From an uncultured Acidobacteriota bacterium (GTDB taxonomy: Bacteria > Acidobacteriota > Vicinamibacteria > Fen-336), in the NCBI GenBank assembly GCA_963720545.1, contig OY970399.1:3520001-3584000 (forward strand): a stretch of 64,000 bases of DNA, written 5' to 3'. The notes beneath the pieces are model-generated. The model made no database searches. It was not told the DNA's origin and saw only the letters and a program-made list of their open reading frames with translations. Made by a program: the position numbers and the translations under genes. This document shows, piece after piece, positions 29,730 to 39,961 of the stretch. Each line of letters opens with the position of its first letter. The first letter of the stretch is position 1.

Positions 29730-30179
29730 TCAGCCCCGCAGTCCTGAAGCAGCCGCAACCAGCGCCCCGGCGACGATCGCGGCATCGGCGAGATTCCACG
29801 CCGGCCAGAAGCGCAGGTCGATGAAGTCGACGACGCCGCCGCGCGCCAGCCGGTCGGCGAGATTGCTCGCGGCGCCGCCGAGCGCCGCGCCCAGTGCAAC
29901 GCGGGCGGTGAGCGTGGCGAAGAAGGGCGTTGCGCTCACCAGCAGCATGAGGGCCGCCGCCTCGAGGGCGAGCAGCACGACGAGGGCGCGGCCGCCTCGG
30001 GCGGCACGCCCGCCGGCGCCGCGAGGATTGAGGCCCACGCGCAGCAGCGCACGGCGTGCCGAAGCCGCACTGCTCGCCGGCAGGTGCGACAGCGCGAAAT
30101 GCTTCGTGGCCTGGTCGAGGATCAGCACCAGCGCTGCTGAAAAAAGCAGCCACGCAGGCGACGTTGAAGTGACAATCAC
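29730..30179 (-). CDS. lspA: Signal peptidase II (accessory LspA paralogue)
   Basis: LDQATKH, GGAASNLADR, GVVDFI, WNLADAAI. Both catalytic Asp residues are present. Confidence 0.88.
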   Translation of the reverse strand: MIVTSTSPAWLLFSAALVLILDQATKHFALSHLPASSAASARRALLRVGLNPRGAGGRAARGGRALVVLLALEAAALMLLVSATPFFATLTARVALGAALGGAASNLADRLARGGVVDFIDLRFWPAWNLADAAIVAGALVAAASGLRG

Positions 30180-30298
30180 GATGTCCCGAACGGCGCTTTG
30201 GGAAGAGGTGGGCGCAGGCTACCGGCGCCTAGACGCCGATTGCAAGCAAAAGCGACGCAGCTCCGACTATGCTCTGCGGACACTATTGGGGGCCTTCA

Positions 30299-31587
30299 AT
30301 GATCAAGACGCACACGGCACGCATCGTCCTGGGGATGGCCTTGCTCATCCCGGCATGTCGGCTGCCGGCGCCCCACAGCCAGGCGCAAAGCCACGGGCGC
30401 GCGACCTCGGCGTTCCATTTGACGGGACACCGGGGTCAGCCAATGCGATCACCGATGTGCAGGGTGTCGAGGTCGGCTACACGACGCTCGTTTCGGGCGA
30501 AGGCAAGCGCGAGACCGGCAAGGGGCCGGTGCGCACCGGCGTGACCGCGATACTGCCGCGCGGCCGCGAGTCGCTGGCACCGGTGTTCGCCGCGTTCACC
30601 ATCGGTAACGGCAACGGCGACATGACCGGCACGCACTGGATCGAGGAGAACGGCGTGCTCGAGACGCCGATCCTCATCACCAACACCCTGAGCGTCGGGG
30701 TGGTGCGCGACGCCGCGGTGTCGTGGCTCGTGAAGCGCGATGCGCCGGCGACCTTCTGGTATCCGGTGGTCGCGGAAACATCCGACGGCTGGTTGAACGA
30801 CCAGAAGGGCCAGCACGTGAAGGCCGAGCATGCGCTTGCGGCGCTCGAAGCGGCGCGCGGCGGAGCCATCGCTGAGGGCAATGTTGGTGGCGGCACCGGC
30901 ATGTTGTGCAACGGATTCAAGGGCGGCACCGGCACGGCTTCGCGGCGGCTCGCAGCCGAGGCCGGCGGCTACACCATCGGCGCCCTGGTGCAGTGCAACT
31001 ACGGCCTGCGCTCCGACCTGCGGATCGCCGGCATTCCGGTTGGCCGCGAGATCAAGGGCTACCAGCCGTGCGTCGCGCAGAAGATCGAACCGCCAGTGCG
31101 CCGCGGCAACGGCGATCCGTTTCCGGTCTGCGGGCCCGACGGCGCCTCGGTTTCGACGCTGGCCGAAGGCGAGGGTACGGAAGTGGAGCAGGGATCGATC
31201 ATCGTCGTGATCGCGACCGACGCGCCGCTTTCACCCGACCAGCTGAAGCGCGTCGTGAGGCGGGTGAGCCTTGGCCTGGGACGCCTGGGATCGACCCACG
31301 GCAACGGCTCCGGCGACATCTTCATCGCCTTCTCCACGGCGAACTCCGGCGCCGATGCCGGCAACAGCGAGACCGGCAAGGGTCCGGCGACGATCACACG
31401 ACTGCGTGCGGCCGGCATGGATCCGCTGTTTCTCGCCACCGTCGAAGCCACCGAGGAGGCGGTTGTCAACGCGATGGTTGCCGCCGAGACCATGACGGGC
31501 TCCGACTACATTCGGGTCCACGCGATACCGCACGAGCCGTTGCGCGCCGTGCTGCGGGCCCACGGGCGGTTGACCGAAGCTAAGTAA
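30299..31587 (+). CDS. DmpA/P1 (S58) family aminopeptidase; signal peptide is out of frame (1-nt frameshift near 30350)
   Basis: [62 protein letters not shown] (ATG 30299) is in another frame. Confidence 0.9.
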
Positions 31588-34129
31588 GGCTGCCGATCCT
31601 CAGCAACTGCAGCACCGGCTCGCCGGCCGCACGCGACGAGTGCAGGTCGACCTCGAATTCGGCGAGCCAGTCGTTGAGGTCCTGCGTGTCGACCAGCATC
31701 TGCTGGACGCGCCAAGAACCGCTTGCCGATTCCGTGTCCACGCTGGTGTGCTTCAGGTTGCGCGCCTCGGGGTCGAGGCGCAGCGTGCCGTGTTCCTGCC
31801 GGTGCGCGTCGCGCAGCGCCTTCAGGACGTCGACACTCCACTCGACCCCGGCCGCGTCGATCTTCGCGTCGAGCACCTCCAGGGCCGCCTCGTCCTGGCC
31901 GATCGACCAGTTCTTGAGGAACGCGAAGATGCGGGCGCGGATGGCGGCGGTGAACGCCTTGGCGTTGGCAGTGACGTCGATCGGACCGGCATCGAGCGGG
32001 GCAGGCTGCGCCGGTGCCGAAGCACTCCCCTCGACGCCGGTGCGCATGCGGTCCCACTCCTCCAGCAGGCTGGAGTCGACGGCGCGGATCATGTCGCGCA
32101 GGTAGAGCTCCATCTCGAGGAGCATCCCGGTCTTGATGCCGTCCGGCACCGTCTGCGCCAGCACCTTGTAGACGCTGTTGAGGTGGCGCAGCAACAACCC
32201 TTCGGCGCGCTCCAGGTCGTACTCCTGGACGTAGTCGGGAAAGGTGCGGAAGCCTTCGAACATTTCGCGCGCGATCGACTTGGGGCGAATGTTCTCCTCG
32301 CCAACCCACGGGTGCGCATCGGCGAAGGCGTTGAACGTCATGTAGACGAACTCGCGCAGCGGCTTGGGGTACTCGAGCTTCTCGAGCTTCTCCATGCGCT
32401 GGTCGTAGTCGAGGCCCTCGGCCTTCATCGCCGCGATGGCTTCGCCTTTCACCTTGTCGAGCTGCTTGCGCAGGATGAGGTCCGGGTCTTCCAGGATGCT
32501 TTCGACGAGCGTCAGCACGTCGAGCGCGTAGGTCTCCGACTCCGGCTCGAGGTGGTGGATCGTCTCGAGCAGGTACAAGGACAGCGTCTGGTTCATCGAG
32601 AAGTCGTCCTGCAGCTCGACGTTGACGCGCACTTTCGAACCGCTGCGCTCGGCGGCAGGCACGATCTCGATGATGCGGCGCGCCACCAGCGAGCGGAACA
32701 GCTGCCAGGCGCGGCGGAAGTGCGCCGGCTTGTTGCGCTCCGGGTCGTGGCTGTCGTGGATGAGGTGCTGCATCGCGCGGCAGCCATCGCCCTGGCGCGA
32801 CAGCACGTTGAGCAGCATGCCGTGCGTCACCTGGAAGCGCGAGGCGAGCTTCTCCGGCTGCGCACCGATCAGGCGCTTGAAGGTCTGCAGGTCCCAGTGC
32901 GCGTAGTTGCGCTCAGGCGGCTTGCGGCGCACGAACTTCTTGCCGTCCTTCGCCTTCTCCTCGAGGCGCAGGTTCTCGATGACGTGCTCGGGCGCCTGCG
33001 CCACCACGTAGCCCTGGTCGTCGAAGCCCTTGCGCCCGGCGCGGCCGGCGATCTGGTGAAAGTCGCGCGCGCTCAACACCGCGGTCTTCAGCCCGTCGAA
33101 CTTGCAGAGGCGCGTGAACAACACCGTGCGGATCGGCACGTTGATGCCGACGCCGAGCGTGTCGGTGCCGCAGATGACCTTCAGCAACCCCTTCTGCGCG
33201 AGCTGTTCGACCAGCACGCGGTACTTGGGCAGCAGGCCCGCGTGATGCACGGCGATACCCTGTTTCAACCACTTGCGAATCACCGGGCCGTACGGGCTGC
33301 TGAAGCGGAACCCCTCGATCGCCTCCGCCACCGCGTTCTTCTCATCGCGGGTTGCGAGGTTGAGGCTCGTGAAGTCCTGCGCGCTGTCGGCCGCCTCCTT
33401 CTGCGTGAAGTGCACGACGTAGACCGGCGCCTTCTTCTCCGACACCAGCTTGTCGAGCGTCTGCGACAGCGCGATCTCCGAGTACGCGTAGTCGAGCGGC
33501 ACGGGACGCAATTCCGACTTCACCACGGCCGTCGGCCAGCCGTTGAGGCGGGTCAGCCCTTCCGCGAAAAAAGCAACATCGCCGAGCGTCGCCGACATCA
33601 GCAGGAAGCGCGTGTTGGGCAGCGCCAGCAGCGGCAGTTGCCAGGCGACGCCGCGGTCGCGATCGGCGTACCAATGGAACTCGTCCATCACCACGTCGTC
33701 CACCGTCGAGTCGGCCCCTTCGCGCAGCGCCATGTTGGCGAGCACCTCGGCAGTGCAGCACAGGATCGGCGCATCGCGATTGACCGTGGCATCGCCAGTG
33801 GAGAGCCCGACGTTGTCGGCGCCGAACTCGCGGCAAAGAGCCATCCACTTCTCGTTGACCAGCGCCTTGATGGGGCAGGTGTAGACAGAGCGGCGACCCT
33901 CGGACATCGACGCGAAGTGCAATGCCGACGCGACCAGCGACTTGCCGGAGCCCGTGGGCGTGTTGAGAATGACGTTGCGCCCCTCGAACAACTCGAGGAC
34001 CGCTTCCTCCTGGGCCGCGTACAGGCTGAGGCCGCGCGACTCGACATATTCGAGAAACCGGCCGAGCAGCTCGCTGCTGTCGGCGTCCTGGGGCGGGAGC
34101 AGGGCGAAAAGCGGCGCCGCCTTGTTCAA
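31580..34129 (-). CDS. Ski2-like DEAD/DEAH helicase with DUF3516-type C-terminus
   Basis: [43 protein letters not shown]. Start uncertain (TTG 34129). Confidence 0.92.
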   Translation of the reverse strand: MNKAAPLFALLPPQDADSSELLGRFLEYVESRGLSLYAAQEEAVLELFEGRNVILNTPTGSGKSLVASALHFASMSEGRRSVYTCPIKALVNEKWMALCREFGADNVGLSTGDATVNRDAPILCCTAEVLANMALREGADSTVDDVVMDEFHWYADRDRGVAWQLPLLALPNTRFLLMSATLGDVAFFAEGLTRLNGWPTAVVKSELRPVPLDYAYSEIALSQTLDKLVSEKKAPVYVVHFTQKEAADSAQDFTSLNLATRDEKNAVAEAIEGFRFSSPYGPVIRKWLKQGIAVHHAGLLPKYRVLVEQLAQKGLLKVICGTDTLGVGINVPIRTVLFTRLCKFDGLKTAVLSARDFHQIAGRAGRKGFDDQGYVVAQAPEHVIENLRLEEKAKDGKKFVRRKPPERNYAHWDLQTFKRLIGAQPEKLASRFQVTHGMLLNVLSRQGDGCRAMQHLIHDSHDPERNKPAHFRRAWQLFRSLVARRIIEIVPAAERSGSKVRVNVELQDDFSMNQTLSLYLLETIHHLEPESETYALDVLTLVESILEDPDLILRKQLDKVKGEAIAAMKAEGLDYDQRMEKLEKLEYPKPLREFVYMTFNAFADAHPWVGEENIRPKSIAREMFEGFRTFPDYVQEYDLERAEGLLLRHLNSVYKVLAQTVPDGIKTGMLLEMELYLRDMIRAVDSSLLEEWDRMRTGVEGSASAPAQPAPLDAGPIDVTANAKAFTAAIRARIFAFLKNWSIGQDEAALEVLDAKIDAAGVEWSVDVLKALRDAHRQEHGTLRLDPEARNLKHTSVDTESASGSWRVQQMLVDTQDLNDWLAEFEVDLHSSRAAGEPVLQLLRIGSLT

Positions 34130-34239
34130 GGCTGCCCAACATGAGGATGTTGCTCGGGATCTATATTCAAGGCTGCCTTGATTATGGACGGGGTTGCGCG
34201 CGAGCGGGGAAGGCCGTGGATGCGTAGAGTCTGGCGCTG

Positions 34240-35166
34240 ATGGCGTCTTCGACCCTGCGTGTGGCGGCCGTGCAGGCCGCCGCGGTGCCTCTCGACCTTG
34301 CGGCGTCCTTCGCCAAGGCGAAGGCACTCGTGGCGGCTGCGGCGGCGCAAGGCGCGAACCTGGTCGTGTTTCCGGAGACCTGGCTGCCGGGTTATCCCGC
34401 GTGGCTCGACTGTTGCACCGACGTCGCTCTGTGGGACCACGAGCCGATGAAGCAGGTGTTCGCGCGCCTGCGCGAGAACAGCGTGCTGGTGCCGGGGCCC
34501 GTCACCGAGGCGCTCGGTGCGTTGGCGCTCGAGCATGACGTGGTGCTCAACATCAGCGTGCACGAGCGCGTGGCGGAAGGACCCGGCCGCGGCACCCTCT
34601 ACAACACGATGCTCACGTTCGGCGCCGACGGCGTCCTGCTGCACCGCCATCGCAAGATCATGCCGACGTTCAGCGAGAAGCTCATCTGGGGAGCGGGCGA
34701 TGGCCGCAGCCTGCATGCGGTCGACACGGGCCGCGCCCGCGTCGGCGGGCTCATTTGCTGGGAGCACTGGATGCCGCTCGCGCGGCACGTGTTGCACGCG
34801 TCGGGCGAGGACGTGCACGTTGCCGCCTGGCCGCAGGTGAAGGAGATGAACCTGGTGGCCAGCCGCAGCTACGCTTTCGAGGGCCGCTGCTTCGTCATCG
34901 CCTGTGGCGCGATCATGAAGGCGTCGGACCTGCCCGCCGAACTGACGCCGATGCCTTCGCTCATCGGCAGGCCCGATGCGCTGGTGCTGAACGGCGGCAC
35001 CGCCATCATCGGCCCCGACGGCGCCATCCTTGCCGGGCCGGTGTATGGCGAGGAAACGATCGTCGTTGCCGACCTCGACCTGGGTCGCATCGACAAGGAA
35101 AGCCTGACGCTCGACACGGCCGGGCACTACCATCGGCCCGACATCTTCGACGTGCGGGTGAAGTGA
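34240..35166 (+). CDS. Nitrilase / carbon-nitrogen hydrolase
   Basis: Catalytic triad FPE, HRKIMP, ICWEH. GHYHRPD. Confidence 0.93.
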   Translation: MASSTLRVAAVQAAAVPLDLAASFAKAKALVAAAAAQGANLVVFPETWLPGYPAWLDCCTDVALWDHEPMKQVFARLRENSVLVPGPVTEALGALALEHDVVLNISVHERVAEGPGRGTLYNTMLTFGADGVLLHRHRKIMPTFSEKLIWGAGDGRSLHAVDTGRARVGGLICWEHWMPLARHVLHASGEDVHVAAWPQVKEMNLVASRSYAFEGRCFVIACGAIMKASDLPAELTPMPSLIGRPDALVLNGGTAIIGPDGAILAGPVYGEETIVVADLDLGRIDKESLTLDTAGHYHRPDIFDVRVK

Positions 35167-36695
35167 CGGCGCAAAAGGCCGCGCCGCTCTGGACGCTCGT
35201 CGCCACGATCCTGGGTTCGAGCCTGGCGTTCGTCGATGGCACCGTCGTGACCGTCGCACTGCCGGCCCTGCAGCGCGACTTCGATGCCGCAGCCGCCGAC
35301 GTGCAGTGGGTGGTCGAGGCATACGCGCTCTTGTTCTCGGCGCTGCTGCTCGTCGGCGGTTCGCTCGGCGACCGCTTCGGGCGGCGCCGCGTCTACGCGC
35401 TCGGCATCGTCACGTTCACCGGCGCGTCGATGCTGTGCGGCCTGGCTCCGAGCGTCACGCTGCTGATCGCGGCGCGCGCGCTGCAGGGCATCGGCGCCGC
35501 GCTGCTCGTGCCCGGCAGCCTGGCCCTGATCGCGGCGTCCTTCACCACCGGTCATGAGCGCGGCAAGGCCATCGGCACGTGGTCGGCGTTCAGCGCCATC
35601 GCCACGGCACTCGGGCCGGTGCTCGGCGGCTGGCTGGTGGACACCGCGGGCTGGCGCTACGCCTTTTTTCTCAACCTGCCGGTGGCGCTCGTGACGCTGG
35701 CCATCCTGTTCTGGCGGGTCGAGGAGAGCCGCGACCGGTCGGCCGCGCGGCACTTCGACTGGCTGGGCGCGTCCCTGGCCGCGACCGGCCTTGGCGGCAT
35801 CGTGTACGGGCTCATCGAAGCCGCGCGTCTCGGCTGGGGGCACAGGGCCATCGTTGGGGCGATCGGGCTTGGTTTTGCCGGTCTCGCGGCATTCTTCATC
35901 GTCGAATCGCGCAGCAAGGCGCCCATGCTTCCGCTCGGGCTCTTCAAGTCGCAGCGCTTCGCGGGCGCCAACCTGCTCACCGCCGGTCTCTACGGCGCCT
36001 TGACCGCCACGATGTTCCTCCTGCCGCTGAACCTCATCCAGGTGCAGCGCTACTCGGCGACCGCGGCCGGCGCCTCGCTGCTGCCGCTGATCCTCATCAT
36101 CTTCCTGCTGTCGCGATGGACAGGCGGCCTTGCCGAAAGGGTCGGCCCGCGGCTGCCGCTCGTCATCGGGCCCGCGGTGGCCGCCGCCGGCATGGCGCTC
36201 ATGGCGCTGCCCGGCGTGGGCGGCAGCTACTGGGCGACTTTCTTCCCGCCGATGGTGGTCCTCGGGCTGGGGATGGCGATCACGGTTCCGGCACTCACCA
36301 CAACCGTGATGGATGCCGTTGACGTAGCGCACGCGGGCACGGCCTCGGGCATCAACAATGCCGTCACGCGAGCCGCGGGACTGCTCACGATCGCCCTCAT
36401 GGGCGTGCCGATGCTGGCCGTGTTCAGCGCCCAGCTGGTTCGCCGGCTGCCGGCGCACGGGGTTCCCGCGCCGGTCGCCGCCGAGGTGCTGCAGCAGCGC
36501 ATCATGCTCGCCGAAATCCAGCCGCCGCCCTCGGCAACCCCTGCGCAAGCGCTCGCCGTGCGCCAGGCGGTGGCGGAGTCTTTCGTCGCCGGGTTTCGCG
36601 TCATCCTGCTGGCCTCGGCCGCGATGGCCCTGCTCGGTGCAGTCCTTGCGGCTTTCATGGTCGGCGGCGAGAGTGTCGATCCGGTGCCCGGCTGA
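35163..36695 (+). CDS. MFS transporter, DHA2 (14-TM) type
   Basis: GSLGDRFGRRR, RALQGIGAALLVP. GTGA overlap with the nitrilase stop. Confidence 0.92.
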   Translation: MTAQKAAPLWTLVATILGSSLAFVDGTVVTVALPALQRDFDAAAADVQWVVEAYALLFSALLLVGGSLGDRFGRRRVYALGIVTFTGASMLCGLAPSVTLLIAARALQGIGAALLVPGSLALIAASFTTGHERGKAIGTWSAFSAIATALGPVLGGWLVDTAGWRYAFFLNLPVALVTLAILFWRVEESRDRSAARHFDWLGASLAATGLGGIVYGLIEAARLGWGHRAIVGAIGLGFAGLAAFFIVESRSKAPMLPLGLFKSQRFAGANLLTAGLYGALTATMFLLPLNLIQVQRYSATAAGASLLPLILIIFLLSRWTGGLAERVGPRLPLVIGPAVAAAGMALMALPGVGGSYWATFFPPMVVLGLGMAITVPALTTTVMDAVDVAHAGTASGINNAVTRAAGLLTIALMGVPMLAVFSAQLVRRLPAHGVPAPVAAEVLQQRIMLAEIQPPPSATPAQALAVRQAVAESFVAGFRVILLASAAMALLGAVLAAFMVGGESVDPVPG

Positions 36696-36788
36696 TCGAC
36701 GTGCTGTTGGAAGCGGCTATCATGGCCGCAATCGAGGAGACAGCTACCTGCGCGAACCGGGGCTGCGCGCGTTGCTGCCGCTGCGCAG

Positions 36789-37892
36789 CTAGGGAACCGA
36801 GAGGACCGGCTTTCCGAGGACCTTCATCCGCGGCGTGATGCCGAGGCCGGGTGCCGTTGACGCCGCCATCCGGCCGTTCTTCCGCTGCGGGGCACCTGTC
36901 GCGGTGCTCACCGTGACGTAGCTGTTGAAGTCGGTGGCGCTGAAGCGGAAGCGTTCCGGCGTCGAATGCGCAAGGTGGGCGATGGCGGCGGTGGTGATGT
37001 CGCCGCCCCACGAGTCTTCGATGGTCATGGCGATGCCGAGCGACACGCACAGGTCGCGGATCTGGCGCGCACGCGTGAGGCCGCCGACCTTGGAGATCTT
37101 CAGGTTGATGACGTCCATCGCGCCGTCCTGGTGCGCGCGCAGCAGCACGGCAACCGAATCGATCACCTCGTCGAGGACGAACGGGTGGTCGGTGCGGCGG
37201 CGGATGGCAAGGCACTCCTCGTAGCTGAGGCACGGCTGCTCGATATAGACGTCAATCTCGCGCACGGCACGCACCACGCGCGCGGCGTCGTGCATCAGCC
37301 AGCCGGTGTTGGCGTCGGCTACCAGCACGTCGCCGTCCTTAAGCCGGCCGCGCGCGGCGCGGATGCGGGCGATGTCTTCGTCGGGGTCGCCGCCCACCTT
37401 CAGCTGGAACTTGCGGTAGCCCTCCGCGCGGTAGCCCGCGACCTTCGCCGCCATCTTCGCCGCGGACTCCTGCGAGATGGCACGGTACAGGTCGATCGCG
37501 TTCCCGTAGCGGCCGCCGAGCAGCGTGCACACCGGCAGGCCCGCCGCCTTGCCCAGGATGTCCCAGCACGCCATGTCGATTGCCGACTTCACGTACGGAT
37601 GGCCCTTGAGTGCCATGTCCATCGTCACGTTGAGCCGCTCGAGTTCGCGCGGATCTTCACCGATGAGGTGCGGAGCCAGCTCGCCGATGCCGGTGCGCGC
37701 CCCCGGCCCGTAGGCCGCGAGGTAAAAGGGGCCGAGCGGGCAGACCTCGCCCCAGCCGGTGATGCCGGAATCGGTCGCGACCTCGACCACCGTGCTGTCG
37801 AAGACGTCCACCGACTTGCCGCCCGACCACTTGTAGCTGCCTTCGCCCAGCGGCAGCGCCACTTGATACGCGCGAACTGCGGTGATCTTCAT
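36789..37892 (-). CDS. Enolase superfamily (mandelate racemase/MLE) enzyme, cis-3-hydroxyproline dehydratase/HpbD-like
   Basis: [41 protein letters not shown]. Confidence 0.88.
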   Translation of the reverse strand: MKITAVRAYQVALPLGEGSYKWSGGKSVDVFDSTVVEVATDSGITGWGEVCPLGPFYLAAYGPGARTGIGELAPHLIGEDPRELERLNVTMDMALKGHPYVKSAIDMACWDILGKAAGLPVCTLLGGRYGNAIDLYRAISQESAAKMAAKVAGYRAEGYRKFQLKVGGDPDEDIARIRAARGRLKDGDVLVADANTGWLMHDAARVVRAVREIDVYIEQPCLSYEECLAIRRRTDHPFVLDEVIDSVAVLLRAHQDGAMDVINLKISKVGGLTRARQIRDLCVSLGIAMTIEDSWGGDITTAAIAHLAHSTPERFRFSATDFNSYVTVSTATGAPQRKNGRMAASTAPGLGITPRMKVLGKPVLSVP

Positions 37893-37897
37893 GGCGC

Positions 37898-38158
37898 CTA
37901 TCGTAGCCGCACCCGGCCGGCGGTGGCGACGAGGCACAGCTTCTGCTCACGCGTCAGGCTCTTGATGCGCGCCTCGAGGCGCAGGGCGCGCGACCAGGTG
38001 AGGACGCGCTGCGACCAGGCGAGTTCCACGGGGAGGCGGCTGCGGGTGTAGCGGGACGCGGTGCCAGCGGCGTGCGCGGCGAGCCGCCTCGCCAGGTCCT
38101 GTGCGGCGCCGGCATAGAGCGAGCCGTCGCGGCAGCGCAGGATGTAGGCGGCCGGCAA
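37898..38158 (-). CDS. GIY-YIG nuclease family protein (UPF0213/YhbQ-like)
   Basis: [14 protein letters not shown]...RRLAAH...[11 protein letters not shown]. Confidence 0.88.
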   Translation of the reverse strand: MPAAYILRCRDGSLYAGAAQDLARRLAAHAAGTASRYTRSRLPVELAWSQRVLTWSRALRLEARIKSLTREQKLCLVATAGRVRLR

Positions 38159-38167
38159 GGGCTCGGG

Positions 38168-38485
38168 CTAGGAGGCGTTCGGCAGCTTCGGGGCGACCGG
38201 CTTGCGGCGCGGGGTGACGGTGTGCGCCTCCTTGTAGCTTTGCAGGTCGGCTGCGCTCACCCCGATGTACTCATCGAAATGGTCCCCGAACTCCGCCTGC
38301 AGCTGCTGGATCTTGCGGAAGCAGATGTCGGGGCCGTCCTGCATCTGCGCCTTGTGAGCGGCGAACGCCTCGATCGGAATCCAGACGGTGTACTGCCGCG
38401 ACTCCGCGCCGTTGCGGACCGAGACACTGTATTCGCGGCGGTCCGGAAGGTTGCGAAAACCGTGGTACTCGAACGCTGTCGTCAT
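38168..38485 (-). CDS. Hypothetical protein
   Basis: GAGGAG RBS. 105 aa with EYHGF...REY...QDGPDICFRK. Confidence 0.75.
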   Translation of the reverse strand: MTTAFEYHGFRNLPDRREYSVSVRNGAESRQYTVWIPIEAFAAHKAQMQDGPDICFRKIQQLQAEFGDHFDEYIGVSAADLQSYKEAHTVTPRRKPVAPKLPNAS

Positions 38486-38647
38486 TGCTCTCCTCGGCGC
38501 ACGCGTTGACGCTCGCCCTTCGCTGTGCCGACGAAGAGTGGGGTGACCGATAGCTTACACCCCGCAACCGCCGCGCCCTGCCGGGCTGGAATGTAGAAAG
38601 TGCCAGCACTTTGGGGAGCGCAGGGCGGTGTCGTCCGGCGGCGGGAG

Positions 38648-39553
38648 ATGGCACACGGCGTGCTGTCCATCCGGGCAATGCTGAAGGCGGTGCGCCCCCT
38701 GCTGAGCCAGGCGTGGGACGAATGGTGGAGCGACAACTCGGCGCGGATGGGAGCGGCGCTCGCCTACTACACGCTCTTCTCGGTCGCGCCCCTGCTGGTC
38801 GTCTGCATCGGCATCTGCGGCTTCTTCTTCGGCGCGGAAGCGGCACAGGGGCGCATCGTCGGCGAACTGCGCGGCCTGGTGGGCGAGGCCGGCGCGCTCG
38901 CGATCGAGGCGATGATCGAGAGCAGCCGCAAGGCCGGCACCGGCATCATGGCGAGCGCCATCGCGGTCGTGACGCTGCTGATCGGCGCCAGCGGGGTGTT
39001 CGGCGAGCTGAAAGCAGCGCTCAACGTCGTTTGGGACGTGCCGGCGCCGGAAGCTAAAAACGGCTTCCTCGCGTTGGGCCGCAACCTGCTTCGCGAACGC
39101 GTCCTCTCCTTCGCGATGGTGCTCGCCATCGGTTTCGTGCTGCTCGTGTCCCTGGTGGTGAGCGCGGGCCTGGCGGCGGCCGACGGTGCACTGCACCGCT
39201 ACCTGACCGGATGGACGCTGCCGCTGCACATCCTCAACACGGCGCTCTCGCTCACAGTCGTGACCGCCATCTTCGCCTTGATGTTCAAGTACCTGCCCGA
39301 CGTGCGCATAGCGTGGCGCGACGTGTGGGTCGGCGCGGCGCTGACGTCGGTACTGTTCACCATCGGCAAGGCACTCCTCGGCCTTTACCTGGGCCACACC
39401 AGCTTCACCTCGATCTACGGGGCCGCCGGCTCGCTGGTGGTGCTGATGATCTGGGTGTACTACGCGGCGCAGATCTTCTTCTTCGGCGCCGAGCTGACGC
39501 AGGCCGTTGCGCAGCGCCGTCAGGGGCAGCATCGACAGGGGCGCCGGGTGTGA
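38648..39553 (+). CDS. YihY/BrkB family membrane protein
   Basis: GAALAYYTLFS, FKYLPD, YGAAGSLVVLMIWVYYAAQIFFFGAE. Confidence 0.93.
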   Translation: MAHGVLSIRAMLKAVRPLLSQAWDEWWSDNSARMGAALAYYTLFSVAPLLVVCIGICGFFFGAEAAQGRIVGELRGLVGEAGALAIEAMIESSRKAGTGIMASAIAVVTLLIGASGVFGELKAALNVVWDVPAPEAKNGFLALGRNLLRERVLSFAMVLAIGFVLLVSLVVSAGLAAADGALHRYLTGWTLPLHILNTALSLTVVTAIFALMFKYLPDVRIAWRDVWVGAALTSVLFTIGKALLGLYLGHTSFTSIYGAAGSLVVLMIWVYYAAQIFFFGAELTQAVAQRRQGQHRQGRRV

Positions 39554-39581
39554 ACGGCTTGCTCGTCCAGGCCGGGTACGT

Positions 39582-39635
39582 GGGCACGAATCCTGCACTG
39601 TTCTCACGTCATTAATTCAGTACTGGTCGACCAGT
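39582..39635 (+). promoter_or_regulatory. Putative sigma54 promoter followed by a perfect 14-bp palindrome
   Basis: GGGCACGAATCCTGCA at 39582-39597. ACTGGTCGACCAGT at 39622-39635. Confidence 0.5.
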
Positions 39636-39658
39636 GCAGTAACCATTCATAAGGCGGG

Positions 39659-39961
39659 ATGCGGCGAACGAGCACTTTCCACAAACATCCAGAGGTTTCG
39701 CGGCACAGGGGCACGGCCGCCGTCGCCGCCGCGGCAGGAGCGGCCGTGCTGCTCTTTGCGATGCGCCGCCTGTTGCGCCCGAGTCCCGCTGCGGCTGTCG
39801 TGGGGCTCGCCCGCGGTGCAGTGCGCGTGGGCACGGTCCTTTGGCCAATCGCGGTTGCGGTCCTGCGCTCCGCCGAGGAGCGCAGGGCACAGGGCGCAGG
39901 CCCTGAGCGGCGCTGGAGCGACCGAACAGGAACTAGGGCGACCCGGCTTTCCGGCCGCTGA
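39659..39961 (+). CDS. Possible small hypothetical membrane-associated protein
   Basis: 100-aa ORF with two hydrophobic stretches, downstream of promoter-like motifs. Confidence 0.35.
   Translation: MRRTSTFHKHPEVSRHRGTAAVAAAAGAAVLLFAMRRLLRPSPAAAVVGLARGAVRVGTVLWPIAVAVLRSAEERRAQGAGPERRWSDRTGTRATRLSGR

Noticed and set aside
31580..34129. Ski2-like helicase as an anti-phage gene
   Set aside because: It looks like a widespread DUF3516-type helicase among metabolic genes, with no defence partners adjacent.
37898..38158. GIY-YIG gene as the mobiliser of the REP-like repeats or as a homing endonuclease
   Set aside because: It looks like the common stand-alone UPF0213 type and has no repeat copies or intron around it.
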